The notes beneath the pieces were generated by a model, which was not told the origin of the DNA, searched no databases, and worked only from the letters and a program-made list of their open reading frames with translations. From Bdellovibrionales bacterium (GTDB lineage Bacteria > Pseudomonadota > Alphaproteobacteria > UBA9219), in the NCBI GenBank assembly GCA_050252315.1, contig JBFWLD010000001.1:1-35088 (forward strand): a stretch of 35,088 bases of DNA, given 5' to 3'. The stretch's first letter is position 1, and each line of letters starts with the position of its first letter. Made by a program: the position numbers and the translations under genes. This document shows positions 1 through 9,117 of the stretch, piece by piece.

Positions 1-765
1 TAAAGGAGCCGGTTGTTTCGGCTGTTCCTTGGATTCGGTTGTGATCGGTTGAGTTTCCGTCGCTGGTTTTGGAACATCAATGGCCATTTGCGTGGCTGGG
101 ACGGCGGATTCCGCAACAGGAAGCGTGATGCCATCACTGGTCGCGGTCTGGATGGGAAGGGCGTTTGCTTCTTCCGCCGTGACGCTTGGGGGGGGCGTGG
201 TTTCGGCGATGGGGGGAGCCATAATCGTTTTTTCGGCAGCCGATTGTTCGGGAGAGGAAAGCCCGTACCAAATCCCATAGATAAGAAGAGCGGCGATAAC
301 CGCGCCGATCAGCGCTGTGATAGTCGGCGCCCGGCTTTCCAGCATGGGCTGGGGCATGGAAAGTTGGGGCTTGCGTCGGCGACCCGTCATTTCCCGGCGG
401 TATTGGTCGATGGCGCTTTTCCCATCAAGGCCGAGATAAAGGGCATAGGTGCGCAAGAAACCGATAACGTAAGCATCGGCGGGAAGGTCTTCGTACCGAT
501 TATTTTCCAGAGCGAAAAGATAGTTCGGGCGAATGCGCAGATATTCTGAAATAGCTTCCAAGGCCTCGCCGCGCCGTTCGCGCCTGCGACGCAAGATATC
601 CCCGATGCGTTCCGGTTCGTAGGCTTGTTGCCGCGCGATGGGACGTGGCGTGGCCGAAGAGGGATCCTGCTCTTCCCATATCTGTTCGTTTGCCGAGGCA
701 TCTTGCGGCAAAGAAGCGCCTAAATCTTGGTCATGGCGCTGGGTGTGGCGACGTTTTGAAGACAT
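1..765 (-). CDS. RodZ-like helix-turn-helix membrane protein (5' part only; C-terminus lies beyond the left edge)
   Basis: Absent from the ORF track because no stop falls inside the window. Reading the complement from ATG (complement of 763-765) stays open for 255 codons to base 1: MSSKRRHTQRHDQ...ERIGDILRRRRERRGEALEAISEYLRIRPNYLFALENNRYEDLPADAYVIGFLRTYALYLGLD (RodZ/HTH_25-type N-terminal domain). One TM helix follows (APTITALIGAVIAALLIYGIWYGL), then a Pro/Thr/Ala-rich linker. Track ORFs 13..549(+), 80..280(+) and 387..701(-) are other frames of this gene. Confidence 0.75.
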   Translation of the reverse strand, partial: MSSKRRHTQRHDQDLGASLPQDASANEQIWEEQDPSSATPRPIARQQAYEPERIGDILRRRRERRGEALEAISEYLRIRPNYLFALENNRYEDLPADAYVIGFLRTYALYLGLDGKSAIDQYRREMTGRRRKPQLSMPQPMLESRAPTITALIGAVIAALLIYGIWYGLSSPEQSAAEKTIMAPPIAETTPPPSVTAEEANALPIQTATSDGITLPVAESAVPATQMAIDVPKPATETQPITTESKEQPKQPAPL

Positions 766-838
766 AGAAAAAAACCAGAATGCAAGTGTACGGTTAAACC
801 TGTTAGTGATGAAGCGGCACCATAGGCAATTTTAAGGC

Positions 839-1651
839 CTATGCCAACCCGTTTGACGGGGGAATTTCATCGCCAGAATGCCTCCCTTTTTTGGCGGAAA
901 AAAGGCCAAAAATAGCGAATCCGAACCAAATCAGGAGTTGGAGGGTCGGGTGAGGGGGCGCCACAAGGAGGATAAAAGCGACCGGCACCTTGGCGGCGCT
1001 AGACAGTCGCATGCTGGTGTTAAAGGCCAAAGGCATTTTAAAGAGGGGCGTTATGATGAATAAAAGAATCGCACCTAAGGCAGCGGTCAGGACATGCCCC
1101 ATAAAAGAAATACAAAAAACGAAGAAGAGGGTCGTTGGGGCTGCGCTGGTTACGAGCAGGGAGGAAAACTCCATCCATTGTTTGTGGGTAATTTTCCGGG
1201 CCTTCATCTCGGAAGCTGGGCTGATATCGAGTTTTTTGTCGGCGGGAGAAAAAAGAGAAACCCCTTTATGGTTGACAAAAACAAGCAGCTTTTCTTTTTC
1301 CATTTTTTCTTGAAGGGCGGTGAAATCGCTTTCCTGATCCTTGGTGTCGATCAGGATATTAACAGGGCCGCCCTCGATCTCTTTGAGAAAGGAGATTCGA
1401 ACAGGTTCGTTCGCGTCACTGGAAATGGTGCCGTCTTTGATGGTGATTTCCGGTAAACTGGCAAAGATGGCCTCACGCTCTTTCAAAAAAGCCTGATACG
1501 GTTCGTTGAGAACATAAACCAGTTGGGTGGTGTTAATCAGACTGACAAAAAACAGAAAGCCCAGTCCGACCCCTTTCCAGGAAAAAACCAGATCGCGGTA
1601 AAAACGCGCATCATAAAAAGTCTTGTGAAGGTTTTTCAGGGTTTGAATCAT
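839..1651 (-). CDS. Polytopic membrane protein, DUF1189-like (family name from memory)
   Basis: Track ORF 839..1663 opens with GTG. I prefer the ATG at complement 1649-1651 (MIQTLKNLHKTFYDARFYRDLVFSWKGVGLGFLFFVSL...). It has an N-terminal TM, a soluble middle part and 3-4 C-terminal TM helices. It sits 6-18 nt downstream of the dapF stop on the same strand. Confidence 0.65.
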   Translation of the reverse strand: MIQTLKNLHKTFYDARFYRDLVFSWKGVGLGFLFFVSLINTTQLVYVLNEPYQAFLKEREAIFASLPEITIKDGTISSDANEPVRISFLKEIEGGPVNILIDTKDQESDFTALQEKMEKEKLLVFVNHKGVSLFSPADKKLDISPASEMKARKITHKQWMEFSSLLVTSAAPTTLFFVFCISFMGHVLTAALGAILLFIITPLFKMPLAFNTSMRLSSAAKVPVAFILLVAPPHPTLQLLIWFGFAIFGLFSAKKGRHSGDEIPPSNGLA

Positions 1652-1669
1652 CAAGAGTCTCACGCAAAA

Positions 1670-2509
1670 TTAGGATTCGCCGATCAGTTCATCATTTAAT
1701 ACGCCCTCAAAAGCCTTAGAGGCGCTTCCGGAAAGCGTAATATGCCCATCCGTTTCGCGCCATTCAATGACCAAGTCGCCGCCATCCATCTGGATGACCG
1801 CCTTGCGAGCGGAAAGTTCCCGGCGAACCGCCGCCACCAACGTTGCCAGCGCGGCGGACCCGCAGGCTTGCGTGATGCCGGTGCCGCGTTCCCATACGCG
1901 CATGCGGATATGTTCGGGGTCGATGAGTTGCGCAAACTCAATGTTGCAGCGATCCGGGAAAATAGGGTCATGTTCCAAAATCGGACCGATTTGATCCAGC
2001 GGCACGGACATAACGTCCGGCACAAAGAAAATCGTGTGTGGATTGCCGACATTGACACAGCATCCGACCAAGGCGTCCTGTCCGTCAAAAGTAACATGCA
2101 GAGTATCGGTTTCCTTGGCCAGCGGAATATCTTGCCAGTCGAGTTTTGGCGCGCCGAACTCAACCGTGACATTCCCGTTGTCTTCCTGCCAGACTTTGAG
2201 GCATTCGGTAATGGTTTGAATGACCCCTTCCTTCTTGCCGGTTTCTTCGAAGAGGAGCCGCGCGACGCATCGTGTGGCATTGCCACAGGCTCGAACGATC
2301 GACCCATCCCGATTGTACATATCCATATATAAGTCGGCAGAAGGATCTTTGGGTTTTAAAAGGATCATAAATTGGTCGCAACCAACGCCGCGACAGCGAT
2401 CGGCGACGCGGAGCAAGAACTCTTGAGAAGGGACAAAGCCATTTTCGCGACTGTCAATAATAACAAAATCATTGCCGAGGCCATGCATTTTAATAAAAGG
2501 AACGGGCAT
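1670..2509 (-). CDS. dapF: Diaminopimelate epimerase
   Basis: MPVPFIKMHGLGNDFVIIDSR N-terminus. Both catalytic-Cys blocks are present (IVRACGNATRCVARLL and ERGTGITQACGSAALATLVAA). Start trimmed from the track ORF (2674) to the ATG at complement 2507-2509, giving the normal length of about 280 aa. Confidence 0.93.
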   Translation of the reverse strand: MPVPFIKMHGLGNDFVIIDSRENGFVPSQEFLLRVADRCRGVGCDQFMILLKPKDPSADLYMDMYNRDGSIVRACGNATRCVARLLFEETGKKEGVIQTITECLKVWQEDNGNVTVEFGAPKLDWQDIPLAKETDTLHVTFDGQDALVGCCVNVGNPHTIFFVPDVMSVPLDQIGPILEHDPIFPDRCNIEFAQLIDPEHIRMRVWERGTGITQACGSAALATLVAAVRRELSARKAVIQMDGGDLVIEWRETDGHITLSGSASKAFEGVLNDELIGES

Positions 2510-2559
2510 TATAACGCGCCTTAAAATAGGAAAGAGGGAGACAACAGGAAGTATTAAGT

Positions 2560-2722
2560 GGAAGGCCCCGCCTTGGTCGATGCGCTCATTCCTCCGTGGC
2601 CTGCAGTGAGCAGGTGGGTGCCATGTAGTCGAAGCCACGACTCCGATCAGGGACGGCTCCCTGGAGTGTTTCAATTAGGGCCCCGGGGATCTTGTTGCTG
2701 TCGGTCCACGCAGAAGCCTTCC
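2560..2722. ncRNA. Candidate structured RNA element of unknown function in the dapF/udg divergent spacer
   Basis: Closing helix GGAAGGC (2560-2566) / GCCTTCC (2716-2722), continued by an imperfect G-U-rich helix (2567-2585 with 2697-2715). Internal hairpins: CGTGGC(2595-2600)/GCCACG(2634-2639) enclosing CTGC-AGTGA-GCAG (2601-2613), and ACTCC(2640-2644)...AGGGA-CGGC-TCCCT-GGAGT(2649-2667). CCCCGGGG palindrome at 2681-2688. Strand and ends not determinable by eye. Confidence 0.3.
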
Positions 2723-2812
2723 AGCTATGAGTATATAGAATTTTTGAGAAAAAGGTAGATTGTTTTGGAACAATCCTTGCGGTTTGATGCAATTCCCTTC
2801 AAAATCAGGACT

Positions 2813-3613
2813 ATGAGCTATTCCCGATCCATTTTGGACGATTTAATCTGGCAGGTCGAGGCTGGCGCCGACGAGGCGTTGGAAGAGGTCGCAGGCTTCC
2901 AGCATTGGAAGGCCTCCCCGCTTAAAGAGGCGTCCAAGGCTGCGAAACCGCCGCCCTCCTTGGTCGAATTTGCGCCCTTGCGTGCGCCTCCTGTGCCTAC
3001 CCCGCCAGCGGCGCTTTTAAGGCCGGTTGAAGCCGCCAGTTTGCCGGATTTACGGGCGGCGTTGGAGTCCTTTGACGGATGCGAGCTTAAGAAAACAGCC
3101 ATGAATCTTGTCTTTGCCGAAGGCGACCCGTTGGCGGAAATTATGGTCATCGGCGATGTCCCGGCAGAGGAGGAGGACCGTCAAGGCCAGCCTTTTGTCG
3201 GGGCTAAGGGGCAGTTGCTTGATCGAATGTTGGCGAGTATCGGGGTGGATCGGTCCCAAGTCTATTTAACCAATCTGGTTTTCTGGCGTCCTCCTGGGAA
3301 CCGCACCCCTTCCGAAGCGGAACTGGCCGCCTGTCTTCCTTTTACGGTTCAGCATATTCGCCTCAAAGCGCCGAAGCTCATTCTTCTTTTCGGGCATCTG
3401 ACGGCAAAAACATTGCTACGGACAAAAGAGCCTTTTTCGAAAATACGCGGGCGCTGGACCGAGTACTTTCCTGCCGGAGCGGATCCAAGCCTTTCTTCCG
3501 TCCCCTGTCTTTGTACCTATCACCCGACTTATTTAATGCGACAACCAGCCTCCAAGCGGCAGGCTTGGGCGGATTTGTTACTTTTTAAGGAAAAGATTAA
3601 CAAAATTATCTAA
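2813..3613 (+). CDS. Uracil-DNA glycosylase superfamily protein (family-4-like, phage-type DNA-polymerase-related)
   Basis: MVIGDVPAEEEDRQGQPFVGAKGQLLDRML...YLTNLVFWRPPGNRTP...YHPTYLMR matches the family-4 UDG motif pattern G-[ED]-x-P-x(2)-ED-x(2)-G-x-PFVG-x-x-G-x-LL. Start set to ATG 2813 (AGGA 7 nt upstream); the track ORF begins at TTG 2765. Confidence 0.8.
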   Translation: MSYSRSILDDLIWQVEAGADEALEEVAGFQHWKASPLKEASKAAKPPPSLVEFAPLRAPPVPTPPAALLRPVEAASLPDLRAALESFDGCELKKTAMNLVFAEGDPLAEIMVIGDVPAEEEDRQGQPFVGAKGQLLDRMLASIGVDRSQVYLTNLVFWRPPGNRTPSEAELAACLPFTVQHIRLKAPKLILLFGHLTAKTLLRTKEPFSKIRGRWTEYFPAGADPSLSSVPCLCTYHPTYLMRQPASKRQAWADLLLFKEKINKII

Positions 3614-3702
3614 CTGATTTATCAAGAATAAATCCGTTTTTGTTACGAAACTAACAAATTGCGCTTGCTTTGCCCCAAATATGCGTCTAGTAGGACGCTT
3701 AG

Positions 3703-5553
3703 ATGCCAATGCAGAAAACATTTGGTCGTGGCCTTGCCACTGGCGCACAATTAGCGCTGGTCGTGCATTTAAGTTTGGCTCTGACCGCAACTACTCATGA
3801 CAGTGAAGCTAATACTTTATCTTCTTCGAAGATAAAGGTGCCTGTTCTTGCGCCTTCAAAAGAAGACCTTGCCGCCGCGCGTCAAACGGATCGTTTGGAC
3901 TTGGCGATGGGTGTGCTCAGCTATAAGGATGCGGCTTTTTATCGCATGCTGTTTGCCTCGCAGGCCCAACAAAGGTGGGACCGGGCGGAAAAGTTGGAAC
4001 GGCGGATCAGCGATAAAAGGTTGATGGGGCATGTGCTGGCTGACCGGTTTCTCCATCGAGGGGCTTCGGCTGAGGAACTTGTCGCTTGGTTAAAGAAATA
4101 TCCGACCTTGCCGGAAGCGAATGAGATTTATACCAAAGCGCTTAAAGCAGGCGTCAAAATGCCGCCCAAGCCGAAAGCTCCGGATCGGTGGAGTACGGCC
4201 AGCGAAGAAACGAGCGTTGTGAATTTTACGCCGGAATGGTTGGGCCGAATGCAGGCGCAAGATTCCGATACTAAACGGCTCGCCCAACCTATTCGCAAAA
4301 AGCTTCGTCAAGGCGATCCGTGGAAGGCGCGTGATTTATTGATTAAGGCCCAAACCAAAGGAACCTTAAGCGAAACCTTCGCGCACGACGCGCAAGCGTT
4401 GATTGCCACATCTTTCTTTCATGTCGGGGAACGGGAGCAAGCCAGTGCGTTGGCCACAGCGGCAGCCGAAGCCAATCAGCCGTTGGGGCTTTGGATTCGC
4501 GGATTGATCGCGTGGGAAAATAAGGAGTTTAAGGCGGCGCGCCTTGCGTTTGGCCGCCTTGCCGATCATCCCTCCTTGACGTTGGCCAATCGAGCGGCGG
4601 CGCATTTCTGGGCGTATCGTGCTGAAAAGCAACTCGGGCATCGGATCTCGGCTAAAGCACATCTTGCGGCGGCGGTTGACGCCTCCCCGCGCAGTTTTTA
4701 TGGCATGTTGGCGGTGCAGCTAACAGGACATAACCCGGTTGAACGCTTTGCCGAAGGCGCGTCGGACCCCTTGCAATGGAATAAAGAGTATCGCAACGTT
4801 TTAGCGGACAATCAGGCAGGATGGCGGGCTTTGGCCTTGTTGCAGGTCGGGCAAACGCCTAAGGCCGAGGCTGAATTGCGTCGTCTTAATCCGCAAGGCG
4901 ATTTAGACCGACTTCAAGCAATGTTGGCCTTGGCCGATTATGCCCAGATGCCGGCCTTGGCCTTGCGTTTGGCGCATTTTTCTAAAAATGGAGCGGGCGC
5001 TCTAGCGCTTTATCCGCTTTTGCCGTGGCGTCCAAAGGATGGATTTCAAGTTGATCGCGCTTTATTGTTTGCGTTGGCGCGGCATGAATCTTTGTTCGAG
5101 CCCAAGGCGGTCAGCTCGCGCGGCGCGCAGGGCTTGATGCAGATTATGCCGAAAACAGCCGCTCAAGTCATGTCCGGTGAAGAGGATTTGACCGATAATT
5201 TGCTGGATCCTTCCGTCAATATTGCGTTGGGCCAAAAATACGTTCAACAATTGGCTGCCAATCCGCGTATCGGGCATAATCTGGTGATGCTGTTGGCAGC
5301 CTATAACGGCGGCCCCGGCAATGCGACGAATTGGCTTTCCGCCCGTGACGGTGCCGATCCGTTGCTTTTTCTTGAAACGATCCCCTATCGTGAAACCCGC
5401 AATTATGTGACCCGCGTCCTGCCGCATTATTGGGCTTATCGCGCCCGCCTTGGGAAATCCGTTCCGTCCTTGCGCCAGTTGGCCGAGGGGAACTGGCCCT
5501 CTGTTGAGCTGACGGAAACCTCTCCCACAACTTTTGTTCAAGCCTCGCGATAA
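3703..5553 (+). CDS. slt: Soluble lytic murein transglycosylase (Slt70-like)
   Basis: N-terminal signal-like segment, a long helical (superhelical U-domain-like) region, and a C-terminal SLT catalytic domain ARHESLFEPKAVSSRGAQGLMQIMPKTA...AAYNGGPGN...YVTRVLPHYWAY. Confidence 0.88.
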   Translation: MPMQKTFGRGLATGAQLALVVHLSLALTATTHDSEANTLSSSKIKVPVLAPSKEDLAAARQTDRLDLAMGVLSYKDAAFYRMLFASQAQQRWDRAEKLERRISDKRLMGHVLADRFLHRGASAEELVAWLKKYPTLPEANEIYTKALKAGVKMPPKPKAPDRWSTASEETSVVNFTPEWLGRMQAQDSDTKRLAQPIRKKLRQGDPWKARDLLIKAQTKGTLSETFAHDAQALIATSFFHVGEREQASALATAAAEANQPLGLWIRGLIAWENKEFKAARLAFGRLADHPSLTLANRAAAHFWAYRAEKQLGHRISAKAHLAAAVDASPRSFYGMLAVQLTGHNPVERFAEGASDPLQWNKEYRNVLADNQAGWRALALLQVGQTPKAEAELRRLNPQGDLDRLQAMLALADYAQMPALALRLAHFSKNGAGALALYPLLPWRPKDGFQVDRALLFALARHESLFEPKAVSSRGAQGLMQIMPKTAAQVMSGEEDLTDNLLDPSVNIALGQKYVQQLAANPRIGHNLVMLLAAYNGGPGNATNWLSARDGADPLLFLETIPYRETRNYVTRVLPHYWAYRARLGKSVPSLRQLAEGNWPSVELTETSPTTFVQASR

Positions 5554-5630
5554 TTTCCTGTCTAGTGTGTGGTTAACGCGGCCTTGCAAATTTTTTCTCC
5601 CCTTTATGCTTCTTTGCCCGTATAAAGAGA

Positions 5631-5728
5631 GCGGGAGGTTGGCTTCGGGTGGATCTCGTGCCAACCCGGTCAGGGCCGAAAGGCAGCAGCCGTAACATTT
5701 CGATCCGGGTCGAGGTTCAGCCTCCCAC
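5631..5728 (+). ncRNA. ffs: Signal recognition particle RNA (small bacterial 4.5S type)
   Basis: CCCGGTCAGGGCCGAAAGGCAGCAGCC (5665-5691) matches the conserved domain IV of E. coli 4.5S RNA (CCAGGUCAGGUCCGGAAGGAAGCAGCC), with a GAAA tetraloop at 5678-5681. Terminal helix GGGAGGTTGG (5633-) / TTCAGCCTCCC (-5726). T7 tract at 5739-5745. Classical position immediately upstream of dnaX. Confidence 0.88.
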
Positions 5729-5784
5729 TTTCAAGCCGTTTTTTTCCGGTGTTGATTCATCCCGGCCCCTAGCAAGGAAGTTCT

Positions 5785-7560
5785 GTGTCCAACCTTTTCG
5801 GCGAAAATACCGATCCGTCCATGGAGGCGACGCCCTATCGCGTGTTGGCGCGGAAATATCGTCCCTTCACTTTTGCCGAGCTGATCGGCCAAGAAGCCAT
5901 GGTCCGGACCCTGACGAACGCTATTCAGTCCGGACGGTTGCCGCAAGCCTGGATGCTGACGGGCGTGCGTGGTATCGGAAAAACAACGACGGCGCGCATT
6001 ATAGCCAAAGCGTTGAACTGTACGGGCCGCGATCCGTCTTCGACCAGCATCGAGCCTTGTAATGAATGTGATGCCTGCCGCGCCATTGCCGAAGACAGGC
6101 ATGTGGACGTTCAGGAAATGGACGCAGCGTCGCGTACGGGAGTGGATGACATCCGCGAAATTGTCGAAGGGGTGCGCTACGGCCCGGTTTCCGCGAAATA
6201 CAAGATATATATCCTCGACGAAGTGCATATGCTGTCGAAAAACGCCTTTAATGCGTTGCTTAAAACGTTGGAGGAACCGCCCCCGCATACCAAATTTATT
6301 TTTGCGACAACGGAAATCCGCAAGGTTCCGGTAACCGTGCTTTCCCGTTGCCAGCGCTTTGACCTGCGCCGGATTGAAAGTGTCGAATTGGCGGCGCATT
6401 TCTCGCGCTTGGCCGCGTTGGAGGGGGTAACCGCCGAAGAAGAAGCCATCAAGCTGATTGCCCATGCCGCTGATGGTTCGGTTCGCGACGGGCTTAGTTT
6501 GTTGGATCAGGCCATCGCGTTAGGGAACGGTACGGTAGCGCTGGCTGAAGTCAAAGATATGCTGGGGCTCGCGGACCGCACGGCCAGCCTTGTTTTATGT
6601 CGCCAGCTCTTGTGCGGACAGATGCGCGAGGCGCTGACAAGTTTTGATAGCATGGTTCAAGCCGGAACCGACCCGTTGCAGGTTTTACAGGACATGGCGG
6701 CGTTGATCCACCGGCTGACGCGAGGCCAAATTTTGGGCGATACGGTCGAGTTTTCCGACTTGCCCGAAGCCGAAAAGCAGTTACTTGCCGAACTGAGGGA
6801 TATCAAAATTCCAGCCTTGTCCCGCGCCTGGCAAATTGTGCTGAAAGGCATCCAAGAAGTGCAAAGCGCGGCCCAACCGGCGATGGCTGCGGAGATGGTT
6901 TTGGTGCGCTTGGCCTATGCCGCCAACTTACCGCCGCCGGGCGAACTCATCAAAAAGCTGCAACAAGAAAAAGCCGAAACTTCGGCGCCCCAGTCTGCCC
7001 CGCCCGCGGGCGGAGGGCCAACATCCGCGCGGTTCGGCTCGATAAGCGCACAAGCTACGGCTACTGCCGTCAAAGTCGTTCCGGTTGCTTCCCAAGCTGC
7101 CGCGCTGCCTGCGGTTGCCCGTGCTTCGATGCCGGATTCCTTTCGGGAACTGGTAGCCTTGTTTGCCGAACATCGTGAAGGCGAACTCTATGCCGAACTT
7201 TGCAGCTATGTGCACCCTGTTCGAATGATGCCGGGCAAATTGGAGATACGCCTTCGTAAAGACGCCAGCTCGCATTTGGTGCCGAAAGTTAACCAGTGCC
7301 TTAATCAATGGACAGGGCAACGCTGGATGGTCGCGGTGGTTGATGAGCCGGGCGGCCCGACCTTGGCCGAGGAAGACCGTGAAACCGAACGCCGCCGTCA
7401 TGAGCATGCCGAAGCCCATCCCTTGATGCAGGCTATGCGTCAGGTTTTTCCGGAGGCTAAACTCATCTCCCTTCAACAAAAAGAGGTTGCACCTGCGGTT
7501 CAGGCCGTGGAAGATGCAGATGAATCGTTTGCGGTCGATCCGGACGAGGAAGAGGACTAA
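5785..7560 (+). CDS. dnaX: DNA polymerase III subunit gamma/tau
   Basis: YRVLARKYRPFTFAELIGQE, Walker A GVRGIGKTTTARIIAKALNC, zinc module CNECDACRAI, Walker B ILDEVHMLS, sensor SRCQRFDLRRI. GTG start at 5785 with AAGGAAG 6 nt upstream. Confidence 0.95.
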   Translation: MSNLFGENTDPSMEATPYRVLARKYRPFTFAELIGQEAMVRTLTNAIQSGRLPQAWMLTGVRGIGKTTTARIIAKALNCTGRDPSSTSIEPCNECDACRAIAEDRHVDVQEMDAASRTGVDDIREIVEGVRYGPVSAKYKIYILDEVHMLSKNAFNALLKTLEEPPPHTKFIFATTEIRKVPVTVLSRCQRFDLRRIESVELAAHFSRLAALEGVTAEEEAIKLIAHAADGSVRDGLSLLDQAIALGNGTVALAEVKDMLGLADRTASLVLCRQLLCGQMREALTSFDSMVQAGTDPLQVLQDMAALIHRLTRGQILGDTVEFSDLPEAEKQLLAELRDIKIPALSRAWQIVLKGIQEVQSAAQPAMAAEMVLVRLAYAANLPPPGELIKKLQQEKAETSAPQSAPPAGGGPTSARFGSISAQATATAVKVVPVASQAAALPAVARASMPDSFRELVALFAEHREGELYAELCSYVHPVRMMPGKLEIRLRKDASSHLVPKVNQCLNQWTGQRWMVAVVDEPGGPTLAEEDRETERRRHEHAEAHPLMQAMRQVFPEAKLISLQQKEVAPAVQAVEDADESFAVDPDEEED

Positions 7561-7580
7561 CACAACAAGGGAAAGATGCC

Positions 7581-7904
7581 ATGTTCAATATGGGCCAAAT
7601 GATGAAGCAGGTTCAGGATATGCAGGCCAAAATGAACCTGATGCAAGCTAAGCTGGGCGATACCGAAGTAACGGGTCAGGCTGGCGGTGATTTGGTTCAG
7701 GCAACGATGAACGGCAAGGGCGATCTGAAAAAGATCAAGATTGACTCCAAGCTTGTCGATCCTTCCGATATTGAAATGCTGGAGGATATGATCGTCGCGG
7801 CGGTGGGCGACGCTAAGGCGAAGATTGATGCTCTGGTCGCGTCTGAAACGGAAAAGGCCATGGGCGGCCTGAAACTCCCGCCGGGCGTGAAATTGCCGTT
7901 TTAA
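7581..7904 (+). CDS. ybaB: YbaB/EbfC family nucleoid-associated protein
   Basis: 107 aa, MFNMGQMMKQVQDMQAKM...GDLVQATMNGKGDLKKIKIDSKLVDPSDIEMLEDMIVAAV. Conserved dnaX-ybaB-recR order. Confidence 0.92.
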   Translation: MFNMGQMMKQVQDMQAKMNLMQAKLGDTEVTGQAGGDLVQATMNGKGDLKKIKIDSKLVDPSDIEMLEDMIVAAVGDAKAKIDALVASETEKAMGGLKLPPGVKLPF

Positions 7905-7907
7905 AGA

Positions 7908-8501
7908 ATGCTTTCTCCCCTCGATCATTTGACGCAGTTGCTTGGCCGTTTGCCGGGGTTGGGCCCGCGTAGCGCGCGCCGCGTCGTGTTGCATCTTTTG
8001 AAAAAAAGAGAATCGTTGATGCTGCCTTTGATCGAGGCCTTGCAACAAGTTGCGGGAACGGTCCAAGCCTGTTCCATTTGTGGCAATTGGGACGTTCAAT
8101 CCCCTTGCGCCGTTTGCCGGGATGTTTTGCGCGATCCAACGGCGCTTTGCGTTGTGGAGGATGTCGCCGATCTGTGGGCGTTGGAGCGGTCCCGCGCGTT
8201 TAAAGGACGGTATCATGTGCTGGGCGGCACACTTTCCGCCTTGGGCGGCGTGCGTCCCTCGGATCTCAGGATTGACAGCCTGCTGGCGCGGGTTGAACAG
8301 GATGACGTGCAGGAAGTTATTTTAGCGCTCAGCGCCACGGTCGAAGGCCAGACTACGGCGCACTATGTTGCCGAACGGTTGCATCCCTATGGCTTGACGG
8401 TTTCTCGTTTAGCCCATGGCCTGCCTGTCGGCGGCGAGCTGGATTATCTTGATGATGGGACGCTGACAGCAGCGCTTCAGGCACGACGGACGGCGGAATA
8501 A
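7908..8501 (+). CDS. recR: Recombination protein RecR
   Basis: Hh[18 protein letters not shown], Cys4 finger [16 protein letters not shown], Toprim [14 protein letters not shown]...GRYHVLGG. Confidence 0.95.
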   Translation: MLSPLDHLTQLLGRLPGLGPRSARRVVLHLLKKRESLMLPLIEALQQVAGTVQACSICGNWDVQSPCAVCRDVLRDPTALCVVEDVADLWALERSRAFKGRYHVLGGTLSALGGVRPSDLRIDSLLARVEQDDVQEVILALSATVEGQTTAHYVAERLHPYGLTVSRLAHGLPVGGELDYLDDGTLTAALQARRTAE

Positions 8502-8511
8502 GGTCCGTGTT

Positions 8512-9117
8512 TTATTTTTTTTCTACTTTTTCCGGGTCTTTGATGAGGGTCGGCTGGTCGGATCTGTATTGACGAGCCATGGCTTCAGCCAGCTTTTGGA
8601 TGGAATCCTTTAAAACTGTTGGATGGCTGATCGTGGTGCTTGAAATAATCAGCCCGCCTGACCAATAGGTAACCACCATATTCCTCGGAGTCGAAACAGG
8701 ATCAAGGCGTAAGGCGGCTCGGCTTTGAGCGGTTAGGGCCACCCACGTTGAACATTCGGTTTCGCGTGGTTGAACGGTTGCAACGTCCGGATAGATATCG
8801 ACCCGTTCAACACCTCTTTGCGGGGGGGCGGCGTCTAAAACTGTAAAGACAGACAAGCCTTCCCCTTTTAACGCTATTTCAACAAGCCGCATAACTTCGC
8901 CCGATGAAGTGCCACAGGCGGCACTTGCACGGGGATCGACTAATCGAGCGTGTTGAATCTGAAACTCGCCGACCCCGAACATGGCTGGCGCGGTATAACT
9001 TGTTGTCGGTAAATCAATCTGTTCGGACGCCGTGTCCGCGAAAGCGGACGAAGGCAGAAGCGTAGCCGCAAAAAACAACGATACGAAAGAAAGAAGGCGA
9101 TTATTCGCGATCATCAC
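8512..9117 (-). CDS. Exported hypothetical protein (no family recognised)
   Basis: Signal peptide MMIANNRLLSFVSLFFAATLLPSSAFA/DT. About 175-aa mature part with 3 Cys. The start overlaps the dksA stop by 17 nt, which suggests co-translation with dksA. Confidence 0.6.
   Translation of the reverse strand: MMIANNRLLSFVSLFFAATLLPSSAFADTASEQIDLPTTSYTAPAMFGVGEFQIQHARLVDPRASAACGTSSGEVMRLVEIALKGEGLSVFTVLDAAPPQRGVERVDIYPDVATVQPRETECSTWVALTAQSRAALRLDPVSTPRNMVVTYWSGGLIISSTTISHPTVLKDSIQKLAEAMARQYRSDQPTLIKDPEKVEKK

Noticed and set aside
13-701. Track ORFs 13..549(+), 80..280(+) and 387..701(-)
   Set aside because: They are alternative frames of the RodZ-like gene. That gene is open on the minus strand from 765 to base 1 and is the only frame with a recognisable domain.
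1696-2674. Extended dapF start (2674) and ORFs 1696..2307(-) and 1742..2332(+)
   Set aside because: The 55 extra N-terminal codons have no DapF counterpart, because DapF proteins begin at the MxFxKMHGxGNDF block. The other two ORFs are off-frame or antisense shadows.
5649-6062. 137-aa plus-strand ORF
   Set aside because: It starts inside the SRP RNA gene and continues out of frame into dnaX.
6949-6960. AUC-AAA-AAG in dnaX at the domain III/IV boundary, as a possible -1 frameshift site making a gamma subunit as in E. coli
   Set aside because: The heptamer is C-AAA-AAG, not A-AAA-AAG. By my reading, the -1 frame stays open for roughly 190 nt instead of stopping at once. I saw no downstream stem-loop. 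There is no support for programmed frameshifting.
5731-8216. Minus-strand ORFs 5731..6465, 6928..7563 and 7557..8216 (200-244 aa)
   Set aside because: These are shadow frames opposite dnaX, ybaB and recR, all of which carry unambiguous motifs on the plus strand.
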